In this document: in pieces, positions 23,709 through 32,255 of the stretch | How positions within the stretch are numbered: the stretch's first letter is position 1 | How the letters are laid out: every line of letters starts with the position of its first letter | Assembly: GCF_000143415.4 (NCBI RefSeq) | Contig: NW_003314263.1 | Coordinates: 62,001 to 126,000, forward strand | Length of the DNA stretch: 64,000 nucleotides | Reading direction: 5' to 3' | From: Selaginella moellendorffii | Lineage: Eukaryota; Plantae; Lycopodiophyta | Translations under genes and position numbers: made by a program | The notes under the pieces: generated by a model | What the model was told of the DNA's origin: nothing | What the model saw: only the letters and a program-made list of their open reading frames with translations | Database searches by the model: none

Positions 23709-24496
23709 ATGGCGTTCTTGGGGAGGGCGCACGGCGCTGCGAAGGCGCTGGCCAGGATTCCGGCTCTCTGCGTCCCAAAGCGCGATTCTTCTACGATTTT
23801 CGTTGGAGGTATGGATTGCGCGCTCTCTATTCAGCATAGACACCGGCATTCTCTTTCTTTTCGATGGATTTCCTGGGATCCAATGACCACATTTCTCCAA
23901 AGGAGTGGTTTTCTATGCTCAATTTCTCTTCTATTTCATGATTCCAAGTCCTCGATTGTCGAATCGCTGAAGTTTCTAGGATTGGAAGGAAAGAACTCGA
24001 TCAGATCATGCGAGAGAAGAATTGTTGCTCCAGCGATTCTTTTATTTTTTGGGTGATTTGTTTCTCATCCAACTTTCAGGATTTTTTTCTTTTGCGGGAA
24101 CTAATCTCTGCGTCTCACAGGCCTTTCTTGGGGACTGACCGAGGGAATTGTCCAGGAGGCCTTCTCTTCGTTCGGCGAAGTTAGAGAAGGTACTAGTTTT
24201 CCTTTTGCGATGGCTCCAAACCAGCTCGCGCTCCTCCAGTTAGAATCGTGAAAGACCGGGAGACTGGCAAGTCCAAAGGCTATGGATTCATCACTTACGT
24301 CTCCGAGGCGGACGCTCAAGACGCTCTCCAAGCCATGGATGGAAAGGTTTGTTCTCTCCAATTCCTTTGGCATGGTCTCTCTCATTCCTTTTCTTTGTGG
24401 CAGAATCTAAACGGTCGTGAGATCCGTGTGAATTTTGCTGCTAGAGATATCCCCTCGAGAATGTCCCCGGGTTTCTCTGGAGGCGTTGGTCGATAA
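23709..24496 (+). CDS. Single-RRM RNA-binding protein with organellar-type presequence (GR-RBP/ORRM-like), 4 exons
   Basis: RNP2 IFVG|GLSW, RNP1 KGYGFITY, DRETGKS, LNGREIRVNFA; Ala/Arg-rich N-terminus. Confidence 0.9.
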
Positions 24497-24819
24497 AGAC
24501 TAGTTTTCGTGCGTAAGATCACCCAAACTAGAAGCTCATAAATCACCATCATAACTTTGGTCAAAGATAATTATCGTGGTTAACGTGTGTGCTATGTCCG
24601 CGAGTTCGCACAAGCTATGATACGTTTGTGGATCTAGATAAAAGAAAATGATTATAATTTTTAAATGTTTATGATTATAAAATGATCTTATTAATTAATT
24701 TTCATGAAAGGTCTTTCTTTGGGAACGACCAAAGGGAATTATCCAGGATCTAAGACTGTATAAACGAATATCCGGATCATAAGAAACTAGATTACTCTTT
24801 TATAAGAAAGCACAGAAAT

Positions 24820-24901
24820 GTCGCTTTGGCCGACTGGTTAAGGCGTGTGCCTGCTAAGTACATGGGGTTTCCCCGCGAGAGTTCGAATCTCTCAGGTGAC
24901 G
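24820..24901 (+). tRNA. tRNA-Ser(GCT), second copy with two substitutions
   Basis: Identical to 21564-21645 except G15>C in the D loop and a C>T in the 3' acceptor strand. Confidence 0.85.
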
Positions 24902-24989
24902 TGACAAAAAACGTTTGCATTTTGTTTGTAAAGAATGAGAATGCTTTGCATTTTCTTTATATATTCAATGTAAATCCCTTCGACCAAGA

Positions 24990-25350
24990 GGGCCTCTCAC
25001 CCTCTTGCCTTGTTGCATCGCTAGCACTTGAGGTTCGTGGATTACAAACCTCTAGGTGTAGAGATTGTTGGCGCCCCAGGATGCTCTTGTAAAAGAAGGC
25101 GCTCACCACCTTTGCAACCCTGAGCTGGCGAGCTGCTGCAAGTGCCTCCTTGAGCTCCAGATCTTCTTGGGATCCCAGCATCTTTTGGATCCTGGAACCT
25201 TGTCAGCCTTGGCCGGGCGTTAAGTCACTACAGCCACTTGAATAGATGGGTCGCGCAAGACTTTGACCGGTCGTAATGGTCAATGGCGTCGCTAACCTCT
25301 TCTAGTCTGTGCCACACATCGGACATTAAAGTTAAGAACTTTTCGTTTCT
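24990..25350 (-). pseudogene. Heavily deleted FicB paralog
   Basis: Remnants LEEVSDAIDHYDRSKS, AKADKVP and QLRVAKVVSAFFYK. The HPF..GNGR motif is absent. Confidence 0.8.
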
Positions 25351-25354
25351 GAAT

Positions 25355-25735
25355 ATCGCACTTTTATTCGATATATGCAAAATCTCTTCACCCAGTCCGT
25401 CATGTAAAGCCTGGGTTCTCCATTGCCAAACCATACGAATGCTTGGATCCATAAATTGGTTTCATTTGCATATTCCATCACAAATCCTGCACTCCTTCCT
25501 GCCTCCATAGAATGAGATGTGGCAGGCTCACACACTATGCCGCCGTGTTGGCTGGAAGAATGGGGTGCTCCCGGTCTCTGGCTTGCGGAGGGTGGTCGGC
25601 GAGAACAAACTACAGATGTAAGCATTCATATGGTTACGCAATGGAGAATGATGGATGTCAGGCTTTACATGACGAACTTGAGGAAAGAGGGTTCCACCGA
25701 GCACAGAATAGAATTGCTATGTTTGAGAAATATAA
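25355..25735. pseudogene. Two back-to-back 3' fragments of the secreted lectin gene family
   Basis: Minus strand gives NETNLWIQAFVWFGNGE and plus strand gives WLEEWGAPGLWLAEG. Both match the C-terminus of 26426-27412. Confidence 0.7.
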
Positions 25736-26425
25736 GTAAGAATCCCATGAGACGATATTTTCGAATATTCAAAGGTTTAACGATGGAATCTTCCAGTGAT
25801 GTCGTCTGAAGTTTTCCAGCGTAACATTCTGACTGGAAGTTTTGATCTGGATTGTTCCACACAAGGATATAACAAGGACAAAGAAAGGCATTTAGGAAGC
25901 AACTTTGTCGGTAAGGGTTTATGAGTTTCTAGATATTCGATATTAGATCATAGGACAATGACAGCGAAGTTGAGGACGGTCGTTGCCTCCACACAAGAGA
26001 TACTCCCAGCCATGCTGCAGTAGGCGCCGATCAAGAGATTCCAGGAGAAAACGTTGCGCCGGTAGATCGCATCGAATGCCGTCCTCGCGTCGCGGGTGCT
26101 GCCCAGCCGCCTGGTGCGGTCGTGGCAAGGCATTCCGCTGAAACAAGGACGCACTGGCTTTCTCACATTTGCTCACGGCCAAGTCCGAGTTCTTTTGTGG
26201 TGATTGTTGACGAACTTTTGAGAATCGAGAGTTAAAAATAGCCCAAGAAAGTTAAAATTCAAAGAGCCAACTCTAAACGACTTTTCCTTTCTCATGCAGT
26301 GGAAATGACTGTGAGCGATTGCCCCCTTTTCTTTCCCCTCGCAACTTGTCACGGGAGCTGGGACTTTTCTAAGTTAGCAAAACTGTGTATTACTTTGCAA
26401 CATATAAATTCCAAACATCGCACTT

Positions 26426-27412
26426 CTATTCTATATGTGCTCGGTTGACCAAATCTGTTTTGCCAAGTTTGTCATATAAAGCCTGGCATGACCATCGTTC
26501 TCCATTGCCAGACCATATGAATGCTTGGACCCATAGTTCGTTTTCGTCTTCAAGATGACCACCCGCGATCCAGAGACCAAGAGCACCCCATTCTTCCAGA
26601 GAGACAAGACACACGCTTGATCCCTCCCGCGAACAATCCTCCGGACAATCTCGGCTACGTCTTACCACCAGATCACACCCGGCCTCCATAGACAGCCTAA
26701 ACTCCATGCTCGGTGAGACCAAGCTGTTCCCCTCGGGCAGCGTCGATCCCTCGCCAACTAGAGACGTAGCAAAGACCCAGCAATTCCCGGCGTCAGGGTC
26801 AACGCCCAAGCCAACGACCGTGCTGACTGGGTGTACAAGGAAGTCAGTGCGGTCAAACCCAAGTAGTTCACCGCTTGATCCACCACCTCCTTCAGGCCTA
26901 TTGCCAGGATCGCTGCCGAATGGGGTTTCCTGGAACTCATACTCAATCCCAAAGTAGCCGAGCACTATGTTGACTCGGCCGAACCAGCTTGGCGTGCGAG
27001 CCACGTCTAGCAGCTCCGCTCGGATGGTTGCAATCATCCGCCCAACGCTGTCTAGGAGGTCGCCCCCTGGGAGGCTCGCGCGACCTGGCGCCACGGAGCA
27101 AATGTCTGCGTTCTCAGTGTAAGCTCGGTTGTAGAGCCACACTCTCACACGGACGTAGGCATTGTTTGCGTACTGCACCACGAATCCCACGCTCCTTCCT
27201 GCAAAGTAACCAAAATTGCCTCTAAACCTCCTCCCCACGAAGGCCTCGAGGCGATCCATGAGGTCTTGGACACGCTCCACGGCAAGCTGCGCAAAACCAA
27301 GCCGAAACCTGAAGATTCCACCAAACTGGTGATTCGCCGGGGGGCAGAGGAGAATCGAGCTCATGAGCAAGAGTAGAACTGGAGCTAGAACAATGAGCGC
27401 CATGTTTCTCAT
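26426..27412 (-). CDS. Predicted secreted protein: unknown N-terminal domain + degenerate C-terminal bulb-type lectin-like domain
   Basis: Intact 328-aa ORF with a hydrophobic signal peptide. STLPEGNSLVSPSMEFRLSMEAGCDLVV resembles the start of a B-lectin (TL..G.SL.S....L.M...C.LV). Confidence 0.7.
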   Translation of the reverse strand: MRNMALIVLAPVLLLLMSSILLCPPANHQFGGIFRFRLGFAQLAVERVQDLMDRLEAFVGRRFRGNFGYFAGRSVGFVVQYANNAYVRVRVWLYNRAYTENADICSVAPGRASLPGGDLLDSVGRMIATIRAELLDVARTPSWFGRVNIVLGYFGIEYEFQETPFGSDPGNRPEGGGGSSGELLGFDRTDFLVHPVSTVVGLGVDPDAGNCWVFATSLVGEGSTLPEGNSLVSPSMEFRLSMEAGCDLVVRRSRDCPEDCSREGSSVCLVSLEEWGALGLWIAGGHLEDENELWVQAFIWSGNGERWSCQALYDKLGKTDLVNRAHIE

Positions 27413-27506
27413 GTTTTCTCGCTCTTTGGGGTACGATACTTACACAATGATTCACGTAAGCTCTTCTTTATACTTTGTTAGAAAGGTTGGTTATGTCTTT
27501 GGAGGA

Positions 27507-29150
27507 TTACACGTGTCTCGACATAGAAGCGGAGGTTTGTTCATGGGTGTGGCGCCACGTGGCAAAGTAGCAAACCGTGGTGCCAAACAACCTCTGGCAA
27601 ACGTTCCCAACACAGCAATGGTTGATGAAGCTGGGGATGAGCCAGGTACCAACGTAGAGCAGGCGCTGCGTGTTCTCGTCAGGACCTGGACCTGTCGGAT
27701 TGAAGGAAGCTACCCTCACAGTCTCGAAGATCCTCTCCACCGAAATGCCTTCGAGAGCTTCCCTGCTGCTGTCGGTGCTGACGCTCGACCAGTTCTCCGG
27801 CGTGGCCCAGTCTGCCTGGAAGAGCTCCATTGCTGGAACTTCACGCTCGTTCCCTGCGGCCATGCTAGCAAGGCTGTGGATCTGCTTGTATGCTCGTGGT
27901 GACTTCATGGCCATGTCAAGGAATCGGATTGCGGCATTCCTGTTGCATACCGAGATGTTGCCACCTCGCTCGAAAGCTGCCGAGTTGCTGGTAAGGACAA
28001 GCTCGCCTTTCTTGATGTTGGTCGTCGCAAAGAGCCCCCGGCCTCGTTGCTTGCTCTGGTCCTCGCATTTCTTCACTTCCACTTGGCAAACGTTGTCAGC
28101 AACCTCTGGGAAAAGTGGGGCTTGCTCTCCTTCGCTCCAGGCCCGATAAAAACCATGGATATCTGCCATGATGCTGTTGATGTCTTGGCTTTGGATCACG
28201 AGCTTTTGGCATCTCTTGTGTAATTGATCGACTGCCTCGTCCACTCCAAGAACGTCGCTCAAGAGCCGGCACGACCATTCGTAGCACTGGAGATTGAGCA
28301 GTGCCAAAGCCTTCCTGTAGAGGCTCTTGAGGTGGCGGGGATCCACGGCGAGAGCGGCACTTGCAGCATCCACGCACTGCTCATATCGTCCCAGCTTGAA
28401 AAAGCTCTCGGCCTGGTTGGAGAGAGCAAGAACACGATCACGCTCCTCCTCCTGCTCGCATTTCACAGCGCTCAAGGCGTAGGCTTGAGCGGCAGCCTCA
28501 AAGCTCCCATCTTGGAAGAGCTTGTTGCCCTCTACTCGCAGTGCCGCGGGAGCCATACCTGCGAATCGTTCCAGCTGCTCGTCGCTGAGGTAGGAGATCA
28601 CCTCCACATTGGCCGGGTTGTCCAGCGAGATGAAGGAACCATGGTGCTTGTGGAGCATCGGCTCCTTGACGGCCACTCGAGCTCCTCTCGGATATTTCGC
28701 TCGGACTTGCTCGGCCGTGGCGTCGCTGGCCACTGCGTGCTTGATCGCCAGCAACACTTCGTCGCCTCTGGAATCCCTGAGCGTAGTGAGTACCTGGACG
28801 CTGTCCTCGAGCATGAGCGCATCCGCGATGAGTACTCCATGGAGAACACGGCCTCTGGCCAGCGATTCTGGGCGGAGCTTTGCGATCCTGGCCGGCGCTA
28901 GGGCGGAGATCGCAGCCGAGGGAAAGCCGTGATCCGCTTGGGGCTTCTGGATCATCGTCGACAACCACGTCATATCCGGATCGGTGTCGGGAGTGTCGCC
29001 GCGGCCTAGAGAGAGAGATTTCGGCGCTCGAGCGAGGCGGATCATCAGCTCCGTGTGGAACACCATTGCCGTCGCACACAAGCTTGCTCGAGAAGAAAGA
29101 ACTAGGGCTCTGAATTGAAAGAAAGAATATTTGCTTTGGCATATGCTCAT
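27507..29150 (-). CDS. TPR + SET domain protein (SMYD-like), apparently 3'-truncated; likely start 29066
   Basis: TPRs (LRVEGNKLFQ, LSNQAESFFKLG, KSLYRKALAL), SET-N RGRGLFATTNIKKGELV, SET-C SFINHCCVGN. The ELxxxY and post-SET CxCxxC motifs are missing. Confidence 0.85.
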   Translation of the reverse strand: MSICQSKYSFFQFRALVLSSRASLCATAMVFHTELMIRLARAPKSLSLGRGDTPDTDPDMTWLSTMIQKPQADHGFPSAAISALAPARIAKLRPESLARGRVLHGVLIADALMLEDSVQVLTTLRDSRGDEVLLAIKHAVASDATAEQVRAKYPRGARVAVKEPMLHKHHGSFISLDNPANVEVISYLSDEQLERFAGMAPAALRVEGNKLFQDGSFEAAAQAYALSAVKCEQEEERDRVLALSNQAESFFKLGRYEQCVDAASAALAVDPRHLKSLYRKALALLNLQCYEWSCRLLSDVLGVDEAVDQLHKRCQKLVIQSQDINSIMADIHGFYRAWSEGEQAPLFPEVADNVCQVEVKKCEDQSKQRGRGLFATTNIKKGELVLTSNSAAFERGGNISVCNRNAAIRFLDMAMKSPRAYKQIHSLASMAAGNEREVPAMELFQADWATPENWSSVSTDSSREALEGISVERIFETVRVASFNPTGPGPDENTQRLLYVGTWLIPSFINHCCVGNVCQRLFGTTVCYFATWRHTHEQTSASMSRHV

Positions 29151-29158
29151 GGTTATGC

Positions 29159-31741
29159 CTAGACCTTCCCGCTATCTATGCTTTTCAAATTTAGGTCATC
29201 TTCAAAGGCGAGGCTATTGGCGATGGTGGAGATGCTGATGATCCCGGACGATTGGAGCGCGAAGTGGAACTCTAGCGGCGGATCCAAAACTTCTTCCAGT
29301 CCCTCCAGCATCTTCACGACGCTCTCCATCGACGGCCTCATCGCGGGATTCTCTTGGATGCACCACAGCGCGACGCGAGCGATCCTCTCGCCCTCTTTCT
29401 CTTCCACTTCTCCCGCAATTCTCCTGTCATAGATCTCCCGGATCATCCCCTGCGACGCCTTCTTCACCGCCAAGGCCGGGAAGTACCACGCCAGATCTTC
29501 GTCCTCGCAAGAGCTCATCAAGTTCCTCCTCCCAGCGATGATCTCCAGCAGCACCATTCCATAGCTATACACGTCGCATTTCTTCGTCGCCACCGAGTGG
29601 AGCAGCCACTCTGGAGCCAAGTAGCCGGGAGTTCCTCGTACGTTGGTCGTCTCCTGGCTGATTTCCCTGCTCGCCATGAGCTTGGACGTCCCAAAGTCGG
29701 CGATCTTGGCCACGAATTGCTCGTCCAAGAGGATGTTTTGCGGCTTGATGTCTAGATGCATGATCAGCTGCCTGGATTCCTCGTGCAAGTAGGACAGACC
29801 TCGAGCAACACCCAGAGCGATGCCAAATCGAGTCCTCCAATCCAGAAAGTTGGCGGACGAATCCTGGCTAGCAGCGCCGTCGTGAAACAGCCAATGATCC
29901 AGAGACCCATTGGCGATGAACTCGTAGACGAGCAAACGATGCGATCGTTCGGCACAGAATCCACAGAGCTTGATAATGTTCATGTGGCTGATGCTACCAA
30001 TGCTGTTCACCTCCGCCACGAATTCCTTCTGCCCCTGGCTGGTGTTCTCCAGCTTCTTGATCGCCACCTTGGTGCCATCGAGAAAGGTTCCCTGAAACAC
30101 TGTCCCTGATCCGCCGCTACCGACCATCGACGAGAAATTCGCTGTCGCCAACTCGAGCTCCTTGTACGTGAATCGATGGATCGATCCCTGCAAAGCCTCG
30201 GCCAGCGTTCCAGCTATCCTGCTCGATTGCTTCCGCCACATGTAGAATGCCACAGCGCTCACGCACAGCACCACAAAGAGAGCGCTTCCACTCACTCCCA
30301 GAGCCACCGCCATCGTCTTCTGGCGTTTGTTTGGATCCACAAACTCGGAATTCTGGATCTTGAGGTAGGCGGTGGAGGACGAATCCGCGGTGAGGCTGCC
30401 GTAGACGCGGTTGACAAAGAAGCACGAGCCATCGGTGTTGTAGAAGAATACGCGGCAGGAGCAATTCGCGAGACAGAGCCGCGAGCAATCCTGGAAGCTG
30501 GAGACCCTATCGGGGGTGCTGTAGCGATTGGAGAAGTACGAAGCACCGCTTACATTCAAGAAGTGGTGATTCCTGGCCTCGAGATTGCTGCACGCCAGCG
30601 GCCTTTCGATCGGAGCTGGACAAGATAGATTGCCGCTGCCGCTGCCGCTGCTAGGGTTCTTGATCAAGCACTCGCATTGGCCGCTACCCCGACAGATGCT
30701 ATTCGATCCACATGCCATCGGCAAGCAAGCACCGACCTGGCTCCTCACCGGGGTCGAGAAGCTCTGCCAGATCGATGCCGCGGCATCGAAGCTCTGCTGG
30801 ACCAGATCGCCAGTGATGTCGAGCTTGATGAAATTTAGGGCTCCTCGCTCGCCCGGGAGGTTCGTAGAGAGGTCCGGTCCACACCTGGGGAAATTTGAAA
30901 AGTTCCCGCCCTGGAGTACGGCCGCGCGGGACCTCTGGTACGACATAATAATGGCCCCCGGGCGCAATTCAAGTACGGTCTCGTACGTCTGGCATGGCGA
31001 GTCCACTGGGCGATTGTTATCTTGGTTCCAGAGAGCCCATTGGAAGTATGGCTCTTTGAGCGAGGAAGAAGAAGAAGACGAAGGATCTTTGACGAGGTAG
31101 AACCCTACTCCATTGGGCTCTATGGCGACCTCGAAATTCCCCTCCTCCAAGCTCGATCGATTCTTGCTGCTTGTTAATCGCTGCCCCGTGAACATCTTCT
31201 GCCCCTCGAGGATGACATCGCTGGGATTGTCGAAGCTCTGCCAGACCTCGCGGTCGCCGGCGTCACGGAGCACAAGATTTCCCGATTCTTGGAGCTCGAT
31301 CGTGGTTGCGTTGGATGGATCGGTGCTCCAGACGGTATTCCCGTCGAGATCGCTGAGATCCAGGGATTTCTTGGTGGAATTCCAGCGCAGGGCGCCGCCT
31401 CCTCGGATGGGATCGCGCCGATTTGCCGTCCACACGACGGCGGCGGAGGTGTTGGGCGAATTAGCGCTGCGGATGACGATCGAGAGGTGGGATTTCTCTG
31501 TGCCGCGGAAGGTGAAGAAGCAGAGGGCAAACGTACCATTGGCGCTGACGAGCTTCTCGCCCGGAGAGGAGGGAGCGGGGATCAATCGGTAGTGGCCGAT
31601 CCCATTAGCAGCATCCAGCTGCTCCAAACTAGCGTCATTGCTCGCGCTCCAGTGGTCCGGGAGATCGAAGCTCTTGGATAGAGAATGCGAGAAGGAGATT
31701 ATCGCGAGAAAAGAGAAGGCGAGGACGCGCTCGAGCGCCAT
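29159..31741 (-). CDS. G-type lectin S-domain receptor-like Ser/Thr kinase (SD2-like), intronless
   Basis: Signal peptide from MALERV, B-lectin (VVWTANR, WQSFDNPSD), EGF/PAN Cys, TM helix, kinase (VAIKKL, HLDIKPQN, DFG, GTPGYLAPE). The ORF-track start overlaps a tRNA, so the ATG at 31741 is preferred. Confidence 0.95.
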   Translation of the reverse strand: MALERVLAFSFLAIISFSHSLSKSFDLPDHWSASNDASLEQLDAANGIGHYRLIPAPSSPGEKLVSANGTFALCFFTFRGTEKSHLSIVIRSANSPNTSAAVVWTANRRDPIRGGGALRWNSTKKSLDLSDLDGNTVWSTDPSNATTIELQESGNLVLRDAGDREVWQSFDNPSDVILEGQKMFTGQRLTSSKNRSSLEEGNFEVAIEPNGVGFYLVKDPSSSSSSSLKEPYFQWALWNQDNNRPVDSPCQTYETVLELRPGAIIMSYQRSRAAVLQGGNFSNFPRCGPDLSTNLPGERGALNFIKLDITGDLVQQSFDAAASIWQSFSTPVRSQVGACLPMACGSNSICRGSGQCECLIKNPSSGSGSGNLSCPAPIERPLACSNLEARNHHFLNVSGASYFSNRYSTPDRVSSFQDCSRLCLANCSCRVFFYNTDGSCFFVNRVYGSLTADSSSTAYLKIQNSEFVDPNKRQKTMAVALGVSGSALFVVLCVSAVAFYMWRKQSSRIAGTLAEALQGSIHRFTYKELELATANFSSMVGSGGSGTVFQGTFLDGTKVAIKKLENTSQGQKEFVAEVNSIGSISHMNIIKLCGFCAERSHRLLVYEFIANGSLDHWLFHDGAASQDSSANFLDWRTRFGIALGVARGLSYLHEESRQLIMHLDIKPQNILLDEQFVAKIADFGTSKLMASREISQETTNVRGTPGYLAPEWLLHSVATKKCDVYSYGMVLLEIIAGRRNLMSSCEDEDLAWYFPALAVKKASQGMIREIYDRRIAGEVEEKEGERIARVALWCIQENPAMRPSMESVVKMLEGLEEVLDPPLEFHFALQSSGIISISTIANSLAFEDDLNLKSIDSGKV

Positions 31742-31769
31742 CCCAAACAAAAGAAGAAAACAAAAACAA

Positions 31770-31842
31770 TGGAGGTGAGGGGCATCGATCCCCTTACCTA
31801 TCGCATGCAAAGCGATCGCTCTACCATCTGAGCTACACCCCC
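31770..31842 (-). tRNA. tRNA-Ala(TGC)
   Basis: GGGGGTGTAGCTCAGATGGTAGAGCGATCGCTTTGCATGCGATAGGTAAGGGGATCGATGCCCCTCACCTCCA: 73 nt, G3:U70 pair, followed by TTTTT. Confidence 0.93.
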
Positions 31843-32255
31843 TTGTTTATCATTGAGCTTGGAATTTAATTCTGCATGGGCGTAGACTTCTCTTGATTTT
31901 TCTGGAGAATGGTGGTAGCGAAGTATCATCTAAAATCAAATCATTGCCATTACCTTTGAATTCGCACGAGACCTTTGAATGAGAGCTTTGTCAAAGACAC
32001 GCAATTGCACGACACACGTAAGTCCTCCTTTGGAACGGACGGTTACCTCACTGACAAAAGTTTTGGATTGCGATCTGTTCGACCACTGACAAACCGAAGC
32101 TTTATTAGCCATACGTAAACAATAGCGCGTTCCCAGTCTTTGACAAAGCTCACGAAAGGTCTCGTGCGATTGAATTCCAAGCTTGTCAAATTGATGGACG
32201 GGTAGCCTTAGAAATGTTCAGCTTTTCCTAAGAAAGAACCCAAAGATCACTTTCT

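Noticed and set aside
24826-25092. ORFs such as MADWLRRVPAKYMGF (also 4321-4639)
   Set aside because: They are translations of tRNA-Ser sequence.
31742-31810. N-terminal extension MHAIGKGIDAPHLH of the RLK ORF
   Set aside because: It is read through the tRNA-Ala gene, and the signal peptide starts at MALERV.
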